A stretch of 64,000 nt of DNA from Malacoraja senta. Taxonomy: Eukaryota. The DNA is taken from the NCBI GenBank assembly GCA_038087875.1, contig CM075990.1, positions 14,510,001 through 14,574,000 on the forward strand, read 5' to 3'. This document shows, one piece after another, positions 36,797 to 50,790 of this stretch. Every line of letters starts with the position of its first letter. The first letter of the stretch is position 1. The notes under the pieces are model-generated. The model saw nothing but the letters and a program-made list of their open reading frames with translations, did no database searches and was not told where the DNA came from. Both the position numbers and the translations under genes were made by a program.

Positions 36797-38709
36797 AAGT
36801 TCATGAGATTGCTTGGCTGAGAATTGGCATCGATTTCATGGGCAGAATAGTCTCCCGTGACGTAAAAACGAAGTAAAAGAGACTGAAGTTAGTGAAATCC
36901 TGTATCAATCCACCCAGTAAAAACTGTGTTGACCGATGAAACATCACTTGAGCAAAGCTAACTTGGAGAGTGACTTCTTGATCATTGTATTTAATTATGG
37001 CTCTGTTTCTTGTCTCAAATTGCTGTGTCTGCATCATTAGTCTCACTTACTTTGAGAGCAAAATCTGAGTTTTATGATCTGTAGACCCTGAAAAAGGAAC
37101 TTTGTTTATATTTTTGCAGGGATTTTTTTTGCTCGAGGGAAATGACAGAATCCTGAATAGTGCAGGATACGTTTTAAAGGATTATTTTTCACTTGGGAAG
37201 AAAGTAGACTCCTGAGACTGTTGTAAATTTTAAAGGTTGTATTTATTATGTAAATATGTTGTATCTGGTGTTCTTTGTAATAATTTTTAGAAGGAGATTT
37301 TTTATTTTCTGGAGACATTGTTCTCATTATTATTATGTTGTTATTGGTACCCTACATCTTCACAAACAATTTACTGATTTCCCCCATTATTAATGTAAAT
37401 AGAAACCGTTGCTCTTTGATTGTCAGGTTGTGGTTTTGTTCTTTCTTCCACTCACTTCCTATTGTGGCCTGGTCTCCTTTTGTGCTATGAATTAATTTCA
37501 GGAGCCCAGCCAGTTTTGTGTTGCAGACCTCAAGCATTCTGCAGATTTTGTTTCACCGCTTCCCCATATATCATTTAATAAGCACTATACCATAGATGTA
37601 ACGCTGAATGACTTAGTGATATTAATGTTGGTAATAGCATTCCAATTCATTACATACTATATAATTCTGACCTAAACATATACATAAAACTTCGAGAAGC
37701 CTTGATTTATGGAGGTACTGTAAATTAACTCCAGCTAATTAGCTTTTGTTAACATGCGTCTTCTAACATCAATTACAGGTAATGCGATCATCAATAGAAA
37801 GAGGTGACAATTAAGGTGCATCTGACACTATCATTTTTAAAATGGCTATTCAGGTGTCATTGAAGATGCTGCTGGAATCAGTACAGGGATTTATATCCCA
37901 CTGGGGGACTATGTGGTGCTCTGCATCCACTGAAATGCTAGTTGCTGTAAATTAAAGTGAATATGTTGTGTATCTTGCTCAATAGTGAATGTCTCAAGGT
38001 AAAACTGTTGAGAACAGCTATTGGGATAGTATCTTTGGGCACTTATTCTCATTGATGGAGTTTCCCTGAGAATGCAAGCCCTGTGTTTTGTAGCCATGGC
38101 TAGCATGGAAGGAGATTATTAGACTTTGGCAATGCTGCTCGTGAATCCCTGCGGTACTGACTTACGATTGAGATTTCATTTACTGCAACGTACTAAGTGG
38201 TTGGAGGGAAAATAACATTTCATAGTTCCTTTGTAGATACTTTTGATGTCAACGGCATTTAGCAGCAGGGAGAAACGTAGCCACCTCCAAGTGAAGACAA
38301 ATCAAATCCTTTTACAGTTGACATAAGCCAATATGAAGAAGCTTTGAGCTGCTATCTTCACTCTGTGTTTTTGTTATGTTACAATTGAATGTTAAATTAA
38401 AACTGACGGTCTACATTTACAGAAGCAGCAGCATCAGAAGCAGTAAACACTGGAAATACTCAGCAGGTCAGGTGGGAAGAGAAACCGAGTTAATGTTTCA
38501 GGTTGTAGACTGTTCACCAATGTTAGAACTAGGAACAGTACAAAAAAGTAACAGGCCATTCAACCCACAATGTTTGTGCTGAACATGATGCCAAGATAAA
38601 CTAATCTCATCTGCCTGCATGTGGTCCTTATCCCTCTTTCCATTTATCTAAAAGCCTCTTAAACACCACTATTTGTATCTTCTTCAACCTCTAATGTGAA
38701 CTCTGTCGC

Positions 38710-39079
38710 CAGTGTTGGATCTCCGCCCAGCTCGGCCGCGGGCTCCGGTAGGAGGTGGCCGATTTGGAAACTCCAAGCCACTGAGTGTGTTCTTCTGTTC
38801 TGTTGCCGGTGCTTCGATCATCCCGGCGAGATGACCTGATCATCGGGCCATCTGTAGCGGCCACTGCGGAGGGCTCAAAGGCCCCGACCACTGGTGAACA
38901 TAGAGGAAGATGACTGGACTTTATTGGCTTCCCTCACAGTGGGAAATGTTGATTCCGCTGTGTGGGGATGTTCATGTTAAATTCTATCGTGTATCGTGTT
39001 TTTATTCGTGTGCCTGCATGGTAACTCAAATCTCATTGTACTAAAAGGTACATGTGACAATAAATGGAACTTGAACTTG
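38710..39079 (+). mobile_element. Non-autonomous retroelement with Rex-type tail
   Basis: Shares ttccctcacagtgg...ggatgttcatgtt with about 56780-56830; ends gtacatgtgacaataaatggaacttgaacttg. Confidence 0.55.
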
Positions 39080-39674
39080 TTTCTCCTCCCACAGGTGCTG
39101 GCTGACTTGCTGAGTATTTCCAGCATTTTATCATTTTTCATTTTAGATTTCCATCATCTGCAAGTCTACCCCCCCCCCCCCCCCCCTGTATTTTCACTAT
39201 CAGAAACTGTGTGGCTGACTGTGGACCAGCCTTGATTCTAGTGCCAATGTCATTTCCCCCACCACTCCTGCCACCTTAACTCTCTCAGCATGAATTATTG
39301 AGCTTGCAAGCGCAAGGGACTGTGTAGAGTACTGTCCCTTGCGTGTTGTTGTAAAACCTTTCATTACACATTTCAACAAGTCCTGTCCTTCAATGAAATC
39401 TTCAATGTTTGTGGTCGGGAAATTTCAACACCATTACAGAGTTTGGCAGTCATTAATGGGGCGTTTTTGCAGCGGGGGATTTCCATTTTGAAGCAGAGGA
39501 AAAGTCATTCAGTCCATCAGAGGGCAATGCCACCCGCCAGGAACCACAAGACCAGGTGCTGAATAATCTCCTGGATCAATTACATTCCCATTCCATCTTG
39601 GTCAGTTCCCCCATCAGAAACAAATGCACGGGCGAATTGTTCCCTGGTGGCCTGGCCTGGCAAATGCATGGGCA

Positions 39675-40065
39675 AATGGTTTCACAAGTATGTAAGTTAT
39701 AGAATTCGGCCATTCGGCCCATCGAATCTACTCCGCCATTCAATCATGGCTGATCTCTGCCTCCTAATCCAATTTTCTTGCCTTCTCCCCATATCAATTG
39801 ACACCCATTCTAATCAGGAATTTGTCTATCTCTCGCTAAAAAATATCCACTGACTTGGCATCCACAGCCCTCTGTGACAATGAGTTGCACAGATTAACTC
39901 CCCTCTAACTAAATAAGTTCCTCCTCACCTCCTTTCTAAAAGAGCGCCCTTTAATTCTGAGGCTATGACCTCTGGTCCTAGACTCTCCTGCCAGTGGAAA
40001 TGCCCTTTCCACATTCACTCTATCTGTGCCTTTCATTGTTCTGCAAGTTTCAGTGAGGTCCCCCC
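39675..40065 (-). mobile_element. CR1 LINE 3' end
   Basis: RGDLTETCRTMKGTDRVNVERAFPLAGESRTRGHSLRIKGRSFRKEVRRNLFS. Confidence 0.9.
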
Positions 40066-40212
40066 TTTTCTGGTCCTTGCTGAGATTCTGTGTTGAGTGG
40101 TTTCTACAATAGTTGCATGTTGCTGAAGTCCACAAGAAGGGTGTTACAGGAGCCGAAGAACTAATCTTAAATTTAGGAAAATCCAGTTTTGCTTTCAGAC
40201 AAGGGTGTGTTG

Positions 40213-40630
40213 TTTTTTTTTTTTTTTTAATTTTTTTATTTTTTTATTTTATTTTTTATTTTTTTTTAATTTTTTTTTATTTATTAGAAGTACATTACAT
40301 TACAACCACATACATTAATACTCGTCATTTGTATCTTCTTACAATTAATGTACTCCCTTTATTTATTTTTTTACACTAGAAAAAGAAAAGATTGAAAGAA
40401 AGAAGAAAGTGAAGGAAAAAGTGAAAGTGTAGAAAAGTGTAGAAAATGTAACAACCCTATAAGAGCGAAATTAAAAACAAAAGAAAAAGAGTTAAGAAAT
40501 AGGCCCTAGGAAAAAAAGAGAAAGAGAGAGAGGAAAAAAAAAAGAAAAACAAATATTTTTTTGAGCATTACGTAAATAGGACATACCAACTCTTCAACTA
40601 TCATCCCCCCTTACCCGACCTCAATTTTTT
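40213..40630 (-). mobile_element. Probable L1/Tx1-type 3' UTR with poly(A) tail
   Basis: Long interrupted poly-T on the plus strand (40213-40280) followed by an A-rich tract; no ORF seen. Confidence 0.45.
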
Positions 40631-43600
40631 ATTGTTGAATGTTGTTGGGTGTGCTCTTGAAATACTCTGTACCAGGGAGTTGCCGCCAGATGGGATGGGT
40701 GTGGGTGCAGGTGTGGAGAGGAAGAGCTCTCAGAATAGGCTGCTTTCAACCATGGTGTACAGGAAGCAAGTTAAGGAGAGCAAGTTCTGTGGTACCAGTG
40801 GCTGTCAAGGTTAAGTGGATACCACTCTCTTCCAACTTTCTGCCCCCCCAACTCCTTCTGTCTGAAGACAGATCCTGACCTGTAACTACCTCTGTCCATT
40901 CTCTGCACAAATGCTGCCTGGCCCACTGAGTTTCTCCCACACTTTGTGCTTTTCCCAAGCTTCCAGCATCTGCAGTGCTTTGTGCCTCCATTTGTGCCTG
41001 ACTCCATCTGGGTCGGAGATGGGATATTGACTGTATTTTATAATTTGATCTCCATAGATGTTCTTTAGTTGGAGCTGACAAGACTATTTTCTCTCAATAA
41101 AGAGAGCACACAGCTGGCCTTTATGCTCTTGGTGCCAGTGCTTTGAATCCTACAAGCCAACCCTACCCTTTATTGGAATCATTGCACGCAATGTCTGATG
41201 AAATAAATCATACAAGACAGTACTCAATACCCTGGCTACTATTAAGATGTCTTTGTTCTATGGAAATCCAATAAGTCAACTGAATTTGAGCCATACAATA
41301 AAGCAAGAGTGACTACAGAACCATCTACATGGTAACATATCTGATCATTCTGTTCAACTTGTGTAAGCAATAAACGTCATCTGTTTGGCATCTGAGGAGG
41401 AGGACACAGAGGAGTAAATAGTATTCATTAACATTCTTCAGCTATACTCCATCTTGGATCTTGACTTCCTTTTGACTCGCTGACACAATCTGTCCAGGAT
41501 TACAAGTCTTCAAATATTTCAAAAAGATAAATGTAAAACCATTTGGAAAATGAAGTAAATTATTTTGTTTTAAGTTACTGGAAGAAAGTTAAAAAAAAAA
41601 AAAGAGGAAACTAAAAACGCTGTAATTTAACAAGTTAATCTTAACAAAATAATAAAAACAAATGCTACATACGTTCCCATTTGTATCTGGATTTGAATCT
41701 TCAAAGAGATCTTGATATCATGTGCAAGCCATGGGAATCCGAGCCACACTGGGCTCCAAGGCAGGTCTCCAACATCAGTCCATGAGCTTCAGAACCTCGA
41801 AGGTGCATGCATAGAAGCCCGATACGTGCAGATTCACGAGCTGAAAGCCGGTGTTTTTCAATCGGAACCATTGTCATTTGACATAATCAAGATGGGTCAA
41901 TTTGGATGACTTACTGGTGATGAAGTCCTTTCTGAATCGGAGAATCACTGAAGGCAGCCAATCACCCCATTGTTCCTGTGCTAGTTCTTTTAAGGTCTTA
42001 CACTTTTCTCATAGCTCATAACAAATCACATTGTCCAGTCCCGAAGAATGAATACTGTGAGTCTCTATTTAGTAATGTTGTCGTTGCTATAACCACTGTA
42101 CATGGAATCTATGTGAATGATGAAAAGGCTGACGATGATGCAAATTCCCCCCCAAAGTTTTAATTGATTTAGTTACAAGGAACATTTATGCAGTTGAATA
42201 TTTTTTTATCTTGGAAGGGAATATGTGAAAGTCAGGTTTAAGGTGTACACTTCAATGCCAAGTGGATAATGTCTTCATCGAAAAGCAAACAAGAAGATTT
42301 CAAAGGGTTCACCATGAGGATGCCTCTAAGTCTGTCCACTGCTCTGATCTTCATGCCTATGTATATCATTACATAGAGGCAGCCCAGAGCCTGATCCTTG
42401 GCTGATTGTACAACATCTGTTGAGGTATTTACAAAGTTGGTAGATTAGCTGTAAGTCAAGCAGGTGTTTTATTGAGTGGAGCCAAAATATACGTCTAAAA
42501 TAGATTTTGTCTCTGATCTCTCAAGTACCAGTAAGCAAGTTGCAACAAAGACCTTTGGAAAGCTAACAAATAATAAAATCCAAGCCACAGTTTCTCATAA
42601 TTACATGTGGTCAGTGTTTGGCACATTATGTGCCTTACTGAGCAAGAATACAAACTTAATTTATATAGAAAGACATAATGAAATACAGATGGGAGGATGT
42701 GAATTTAAGAATTTACCAAATATCTCAGTGGAATACACTAATGGAAACGAGACAGAATAGGAAATTAAAAATTATTTGAAGCAGATGGACGTTTCTTTGA
42801 GTTTTTTTAATTTATTAGCTGCATGAAAATTGTATCTGTTTATTTTACATAGCCATCAAATTAATGATCTACTGGTCTGCACTTGTGTTGTTTTATGATC
42901 ACTAAATCATTAATTGTATCATGTGCTATTTGATGATAATATGCAAACTAAAATCCTTATCAAATTGATTTATTCTTCTGTAAAATGAACCCACTTGTTG
43001 GCAACAGCCCGTAAGCCATGGTGAAATATCTCGCTTTTACGTAAACATGCACCTTATTACACGGTTAGATGTAAGTTACTTCATTTAAGCAGCAAACTTG
43101 GTTTTGTTATAGTTTAATCACCACACTTAAAATTACATTATCTGCTATCTCACATTGATCATCAATGTACGATATCCGTCGGTATAATTTAAATGGACAT
43201 TGACCAATGCCAAATTGTAATCCAGATGTGATATTTTGCCTCCACAGCCAGGTTTGGGAATTAGCTTTGCTCCCCTTTTTTTAGATACCACAATGATATT
43301 TAAACTTGTTCTATTCTATGAGAATGTAAAATTAAATGGTGCGTATCAACTTTGCCTTTGAGACATTGTCTGTTGAAGATGGTTCAACTAGGGACTGACT
43401 AGAGTTTCCTGGCATGGAACTGTCTTAGTTACATCAAGATGTCAAGCCTTGCATGATGGCTCGGCTTGGGATTCAAGGTGAAGGGAAGGTGAATCGACAA
43501 GTTGTATGGCACATTTGCAGGAACAAGATGCTTTACACTCGAGCCTTTCAAATGATAAAACTTTCCATCTTCAATAAATAAATAGCTCATTTCCTCATCA

Positions 43601-43947
43601 GCTGTATCTAATATAAAGTTAGCCCTCTGTGCATTCAGTTGAAAAGCAGATTTGCTCAACCCATATATGACATGCTAATATATCTTCAGTTGTTTCTTTG
43701 ATACTGAATCAGCTCTTTGAAATACTTCTAAGGACACATTCATTAATGGACGATCATAGGTTGGAAAAACATTTTCTTTTTAAAGCCCATTAAGAAAATC
43801 ATTGACTTGTAGAATATTTGCAAGAATGACACAAATTAACATGGTCTTTGAGAAAGAGTCGCAGGATAATATGATAAGTTTCATGAAACAGACTTTGATT
43901 TCCTGATCAGCTATTCCTTTTGTCTGTTTTGCATGGATTACAGGGTT

Positions 43948-44168
43948 GTTAATCAGTGGAACTCATTGCAACGGAGCTCTGTGGAGGACAAGTCAGTGGA
44001 TATTCTTTACGGCAGAGATAGACAAATTCTTGATTAGAACGGCTGTCAAGGGTTATGGGGAGAAGGCGGGAAAATGGGATGAGGGGGCAGAGATCAGCCA
44101 TGATTGAATGGTGGAGTAGACTCGATGGGCCGAATGGCCTAACTCTACTCCTGTAACTTGTGAACTTG
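43948..44168 (+). mobile_element. CR1 LINE 3' end
   Basis: gtggaactcattgc...gatcagccatgattgaatgg...gggccgaatggcct. Confidence 0.85.
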
Positions 44169-44390
44169 TTATTAACATAAATATAGTTGAATTGCATGTA
44201 TTACAATTGGCAACACCTTCCTCAGGCAGTTAAAGCTAAACACCTTAACAATTTTCCATCGTGTTGAAGTAGGATCTGTGTTGAATCTCAGCGCTGCCAC
44301 TTTATGGTTAGAAAGGAGGATGCTAGAAATAATTTAGGTCATGCAGCATCTATGGAGAGATGAGAGCCTGACCTGTTGAACATTTCTTAC

Positions 44391-44644
44391 ATTAGTTTGG
44401 TTTAGTTTAGAGATACAGCATGGAAACAGGCCATTTGGCCCATTGAGTCCACGCTGACCATTGATCACCCATTCACACTGGTTCTATGTTATTCCGCATT
44501 CTCATCCACTCTCTACACACCAGGGGCAATTTACTTAATTGGTTCTAGCCAATTAAACCAGCAACCCATGTGTCTTTGGGATGTGGGAGGGAAAAGGAGC
44601 ACCCAGAGGTCAGGATTGAACCCGGGGCTCTGGCACTGAGAGGC
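44391..44644 (-). mobile_element. V-SINE (partial)
   Basis: tttagtttagagatacagcatggaaacagg...ggtcaggattgaacccggg. Confidence 0.8.
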
Positions 44645-44872
44645 AAAAGCTGGAGTAACTCAGCAGGTCAGGCAGCATTTCCGGAAAACAAAGGTGTTTT
44701 GGTGACGTTTTGCGTTGGGACCCTTTAGATCTACCAGCTGCTCCACTGTGCCGTCCATAATGTTCAAGAAAAATGTGTAACTTGGAACAGTTCCTTGTGG
44801 GCACTTGACTAGTACAGGCACAATGGGCCAAACAGCTTTTTTTCCGTATTGGATTCCTCTTTAGTCCCAAAC

Positions 44873-44958
44873 AAGAAGGGTCTCGATCTGAAACGTCACC
44901 TATTCCTTCGCTCCATAGATGCTGCCTCAACCGCTGAGTTTCTCCAGCATTTTTGCGT
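44873..44958 (+). mobile_element. PLE terminal repeat
   Basis: aagaagggtctcgatctgaaacgtcacc...gagtttctccagcatttttg. Confidence 0.75.
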
Positions 44959-45010
44959 GCCCAGTGACAAGATTGGTACTCCTCTGAGAGGAAGTACAAA
45001 TATTCAGAAT

Positions 45011-45309
45011 AGTTTAGTTTTTTTTAGTTTAGAGCTACTGCATGGAAGCAGGCCCTTTGGCACACCGACCAGTGATCCCCACACACTAACACTATCCTAC
45101 ACACACTAGGGGGCAATTTACATTCATACCAAGTCAATTAACCTGCAAACCTGTACGTCTTTGGTGTGGGAGAAAACCGAAGATCGCGGAGCAAAAGCAC
45201 GCAGGGGAGAACGTACAAACTCCATACCGATAATCACCCGACATCAGGATCAAACTCTAGTCTCTAGCGCGGTAAGGCAGTAGAACTACCTCTACGCCAC
45301 CATACTGCC
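45011..45309 (-). mobile_element. V-SINE
   Basis: Tail, V-domain and tRNA head on the minus strand. Confidence 0.8.
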
Positions 45310-45786
45310 TGGTCCTAGACTAGAATACTAGGACAAAATTCCTGCAAATCTCAGTCCTAATTGGCAACTGATCCTAAAACTAACTCCCCCACATGAGAGA
45401 AGATCTTTTTTATCTTTTACCTTTTATTCTTCAAAACTCGAGAGAAAGAGAGAGAATGAACCCATTCTGTGTATATTTCCTCTCGGGACACTTCTTTCAT
45501 CCCAGGAATGGATTTCGTGAAACTTCTTCGAGCTACCTCCAAGGCACATAAATTGTTAAATAAGCAGTTGAGAATATCCTTCCATTTTGCCTCTGTCACT
45601 CTTCTCACTTCAAAATAACACAGACTGGTGAAGGAAACGTGAAATTCACCCCACAAACAGAAGCAGAACTGTCTTGTCGAGCTCCCACGTACTCCTGCAT
45701 ATAACTCGGTCCCAACTTAACGATGAATAAACTTGGCTGGAAAACCAATCATTTTTGGTAAAAACATGGATCCTAGAATGGTTCCA

Positions 45787-46097
45787 GGCAGTGGCACAAC
45801 TGGTAGAGCTGCTGCCTCACAGCGCCAGAAACTCTGGTTCAATAAGGAACTCCTGTGCTGTCTGTTTGGAGTTTGCATGTTCTCCCAGCGACCGTGGGTT
45901 TCCTCCTGGTGTTCCGGCTTCCTCTCGCATCCCAAAGACGTGTGGGTTTGCAGGTTAATTGCCCCCAGTGTGTAAGGAGAGGATGAGAAAGTGGGATAAC
46001 AGATCCAGTGTGAATGGGTGATCAATGGTCAGTGTGGACTTGATGGGCTGAAGGGCCTGTTTCCATGCTCCATCTCTAAACTGAAACTCAACTAAAA
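45787..46097 (+). mobile_element. V-SINE
   Basis: gtggcacaactggtagagctgctgcc head, V-domain, tail. Confidence 0.85.
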
Positions 46098-46948
46098 TTT
46101 AAATGCTGGACAAGATTTCTAGACTTAATATGGAATTCCCCAATTTTCGTAGCCTGCGCTTTATTTCCACCTGTCGCAGAACTGTCCATCGCTGCCTGGT
46201 ATCACTTTAGCTCAGCTTTCCTCATTCCATTCATATAAGCTGTCCTGCTGGGCATGTCCCATAGACTCACCATTAATAACACATTGCACAGACAAAAAAG
46301 CTTGATGTACTTTTAACTGCACTCATTAGCCCATTTGGTCTCACCCCAGCATAGATATTGACTTGGTCTACCCATCCTGTTTCCACTATCCGTACTGAGT
46401 AAAACACAAACTGCTGGAGTAACTCTGCGGGTCAGGCAACATGGATAGGTGACAGTTCAGCTCGGGACCCTTCTTCAAACTCTGACATTAGGTCCTGCCT
46501 GACCTGCTGAGTTACTCCAGCACTTTGTCTTTTACTTAAGATTCCAGCATCTTCAGTTCCCCTGCCTGTTTGTTTGCTATTGAAACTAGCTTGTTTTTCA
46601 TGCTTTCCTGGTTCTGATGAAGAGTCTCGGAGCTGAAATGTTAAACTTTCCCTTTCAAACAGATGCTGTCTGACCTACTGATTGTATTCTGTTTTTATTT
46701 CTGACTTCCAGTATCAGTTTTCTGTCCACTGGCAGGCAGATGAGAGTGTGTGGATGTTAAGTGTGAGGAATCTAACCTCAGAAGAGTTAATGACTATTTT
46801 GCTGATTAACCCACCAATATTCACTATTCAAGCCCATACAATGTTTGTTGCAGTGTGGAAATAATACATTTCTTTGCAACTGTATCCCAGTATTAACCTT
46901 TGCTTTCAGGAGGAGTTGAAATTGGAATGGAAATTTATAGAGTGAAAC

Positions 46949-47281
46949 TTAAGGGGCTGTCCCACTGTATGAGCTAATTCAAGAGCTCTCCCAAGTAAAA
47001 AAAACCCCATAAAACTCGTGGTAAGCACGTAGAATGTACGTAGCGGATTCGTTGGGGCTCGGGACATCTCTTAGCGGCTCGTAACGCTAACAGCAGGTAC
47101 TCGTGGAAACGCGGTAAGCTCGTGAAGACTCGTGAAGATTTGAACATGTTGAACATGTTGAGAAATGTCCACGAGAGCCCCGAGTACCTACGAGCGGCTA
47201 TTACCGTAATTCTCCGAGTTTGAATCGGGGGAAACTTGGGAGAACTCTTGAATTAGCTCGTACAGTGGGACAGCTGCTTAA
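46949..47281. mobile_element. MITE with about 45-bp TIRs
   Basis: gctgtcccactgtatgagctaattcaagagctctcccaagt ... acttgggagaactcttgaattagctcgtacagtgggacagc; TTAA on both flanks. Confidence 0.85.
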
Positions 47282-47874
47282 AAAAGTAAATAGATAGGAA
47301 AGGATTGAAGGGATATGAACCAAATGCAGGTAAATAGGAATAGCTATGATGGGGGCAACTTGGTCAGCATGGACGAGTTGGGCCGAAGGGCCTGTTTCCG
47401 TGCCATATGATTATGATTATAAGACACAAAAAATGCTTTCGATTTGACTGTTAATGTTTTAATTATTATTGGTCAAGGTGAACGAATATAAAAATTACTG
47501 ACTGATATTTTTAATCCAATGAATAACGTTAGTGGAACTCCATGTAAGCAGTTCCTTTACCCAGGTGGAGGGGTTCCTTCAAATCTTCACTTTTACAATT
47601 CTGACATTTTCATTTTTTTAAGAGCTATTTATTCTCGTTAAAGATCTGCTGTCCATAAAGTTGATACATAGTTACCACTGCAAAGCTGAGCAAAGATTTA
47701 CAAAGCTGACATTAATGCCATTTTGAAATGACATTTGGAAGAGTTACTCTAGCTGTAAATGGGCCAAAGGTCATTCAAGTTAAATCACTCGCTTTCCACC
47801 ACTCCAGCTGTTGTGTACTGAATTCAACAGATTTTTGTAAAATTATTAATTCCCTGACTGCTGGTACCACACAC

Positions 47875-48181
47875 TAGGGTGGTGCAGCGGTACAGCCACT
47901 GCCTTATAGCGCCAGAGACCCAGGTTCGATCCTGACTATGGGTGCTGTCTGTACAGAGTTTGTACGTTCTCCCTGTGACCCGCATGGGTTTTCTCCAAGA
48001 ACTTCGGTTCCCTCCCACGCTCCAAAGATGTACAGGTTTGGAAGTTAATTGGCTTGGTGTAAATGTAAAATTGTCCTTAGTGCATGTAGAGTAGTGATAA
48101 TGTGTGGAGATTGTTGGTTGGCACAGACTTGGTGGGTCGAAAGGCCTTGTTTCCATTCTGTGTCTCTAAGCTGAACTAAAC
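47875..48181 (+). mobile_element. V-SINE
   Basis: B-box ggttcgatcc, V-domain, tail. Confidence 0.85.
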
Positions 48182-49306
48182 ATCATTCCAATTTGTTTTC
48201 TGCAAGAGTGTGAATATTTTAAAGCGTTTATGAATGATCTGGTCATTGGATTAGCAATCTCAAAAACAGAAAGAAAGGGATGGGCTATTGGGAAAGAGAA
48301 TCTTTCATTGTTTTAGTTACCCTTAGACTGTTACTTGACGCAGAAATCAAAATATGGAAGTCCATAATATATTTGATGAAAATATATCTTTGTCGAAAAA
48401 CCATCCAGTGGGTAGTTGGTAGATGTTGATGAATCAGCAACAGAGTACAGCAGATCATTAGACCTGGAACTGAGATTTGGTGGAAACTTGCCACCTTCAA
48501 AATGGAATATGACTCATTCCTAGACAAGGGATTTTCCAGGACATTCTTCCCTGGAATAACAATATTACAGAGATGAGTAATGCTAACTTGACCAATACAA
48601 TGTGTTGTAAGTCCATGCTCACAAAAATGATGTGTTCTATCAATGGCAGGTGTTTTTAACGTGAAAAAATGACGCTGATCATGAATGTTCTTAGAAAATG
48701 TCATTAAAGATGCAAAGAAAAAAAAATTGCACCTATTCCACAAGTAGAGCTGTCTTCAAGGATGGGATTAAGCATTGACAAACCTGAGTTAATCATCAAA
48801 GCCGACGAGTGATATTGGATGGGACTTCTGATCAAGTTGAAAATAGGACTCTGGTATGCATTGGATTGGGGAAATGTATTTTTTTCTTTCTCTGGTTTCT
48901 GCATGGGTTCAGAGAGGATCCATTTAATTGCAAGCAACAGACTGATAAGTGTAGAAATCCACTGGGCAATTGCTGAAAATTAAGTGTGGTTTTGAAGTGA
49001 AGTGTTAGAGTGTGAAGAGAGGAGAACCAGGACAGACCAATGTAAATTGGCTCCATCTGGCTTTGCTGTTCTTACTTTAAGTGCGTTACAGAATGTACTG
49101 TAGAGCTTAAGAATTTTGCAATTCCTACATATCTGTGATATTAAGTGCCAGTTGTGAAGAGCAAGGACACAATGTAATCTGGATGGAGCCATCAAAATCT
49201 ATCAACAAGTTAGCACCACTGGTGACTGAACTGTTCAAGTCCTGGATTCCACTTATCAGGCACTGAGAGAGCGTGCAGGTTGATGAATACTGAGCAACCA
49301 CACAGA

Positions 49307-49593
49307 GTTTAGTTTGGAGATACAGCATGGAAACAGGCACTTCGGCCCGACGAGTCCATGCCGACCAGCGATTCTCCCCCCTATATTACACACACTAGGT
49401 TCGGTTTACAATTTTACCAAGCCAATTAACCTACAAACCTGTACGTCTTTGGAGTGTGGGAGGAAACTGGAGCTCCCGGAGATGTCATGGGGAGAATGTA
49501 CAAACTCCGTGCAGACAGTATCTGCAGTCAGGATCGAACCCGGGTCTCTTGTGTTGTAAGGCAGCATCTCTACTGCCGAGCCACCATGCTGCC
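49307..49593 (-). mobile_element. V-SINE
   Basis: Tail, V-domain and head on the minus strand. Confidence 0.85.
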
Positions 49594-50071
49594 ACGCTAG
49601 TTACAGGAAACTAAGTGTGCACTGTCAACCTCTCACTCTGGCGCTGAAGCCATTATCCAAGAGTATCTGCGCCTCGAGCCTTTGTTTCCAAGAAATATTT
49701 ACAACACTGACGTTACCCAGCAGTGCGGAATTGACCAATAGTCGATGAGAGTGTGGAGGACCGCCGTGAGGGAGGGGGCAGAACAGTGGAGGACCCAAAG
49801 AATTTCATTGTGCCTTGTCACATGTGACAATAAAGTATTCCTATTCCTATTACCCAGACTTTTAATTCAATTACTATATTGCATTCACACCATGCTTCCC
49901 AGGAAATAAATCCAAATTAGCCAGTGGAAACGTATTCAATGGTCAATGAAAATAAAATGGTGGAAGTTGTTGACATTGCCGCTTTCGTCCCAATAATTTG
50001 ATAGTTTGGCCGCCACCAGGAACATTCAGGGCAAGGAATTATTTCAGCTTTGGTTAAAACATGAATATCAA

Positions 50072-50790
50072 TAGGAACTGGAGATGCTGGTTTACAAAGA
50101 AGAACAATGTCTGTGGGTCAGGCAGCATCTCAAGAGACCATGAATAGGTGACATTTTGGATTGGGACCCTTCTTCAGACATTGTAGGGGAGAAAGCTGGA
50201 AGAGAGGAGGGGAAGGATGAGGCATGCCAGGGAATACATTGATGTAAGTGTGGAGGGTTTTTTGATAGGCAGATAGTTGGACAAAGGCCAAAGATAAAAA
50301 CACAGGTGCGAGACAAAAGGATTGAAGAATTGCAATTGTGAAGCTTGAGGAAGGAATGTAGGTGAAAGGGGAGAAATAAATGGGTCCAGGTGGTGCACAT
50401 GGGAAGGGGATGGAAGAAGGGGAGAGGGTTATTTAGCGGAAGAAAAGGGGAGGGTGATGTTGTCACCTAAAATTGGAGGATTCAATGTTCATACTGCTGG
50501 GTTGTAAGCTACCCAAGTGGGACATGAGATGTTGTTCCTCCAGTTTGCGTGTGGTCTCACTCTGGCAAAGGTGGAGGCCCAGGGGGGAAAGATCAGTATG
50601 GGAAGAAGTGCTATAATGGTTAGCAACCGGCAGATCCTGCAGTCCCTGGCGGGTCGAGTGCAAGTGTTCGGTGACATTATCACGGAGTCTATGCTTGGTC
50701 TTGCTGATGTACAGGAGGCCACATCGTGTAGGCCAGGAGGGCAGTAGATGAGGTTAGATGAGGTGCAAGTGAACCTCTGTCTCTGAGGAC
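50072..50790 (-). mobile_element. Penelope-like element 3' part: GIY-YIG endonuclease pseudogene, UTR and terminal repeat
   Basis: QRFTCTSSNLIYC... then (frameshift) QGLQDLPVANHY...TRKLEEQHLMSHLGSLQPSSMNIESSNFR* (stop at 50463); pyrimidine-rich UTR; degraded hammerhead motif at 50150-50177. Confidence 0.9.

Noticed and set aside
36636..36797. pre-miRNA or MITE
   Set aside because: The hairpin consists of inverted PLE terminal repeats, and the 14-bp TSD indicates retrotransposition.
48285..48743. 152-aa ORF
   Set aside because: Non-ATG start, no domain resemblance; consistent with a chance ORF.
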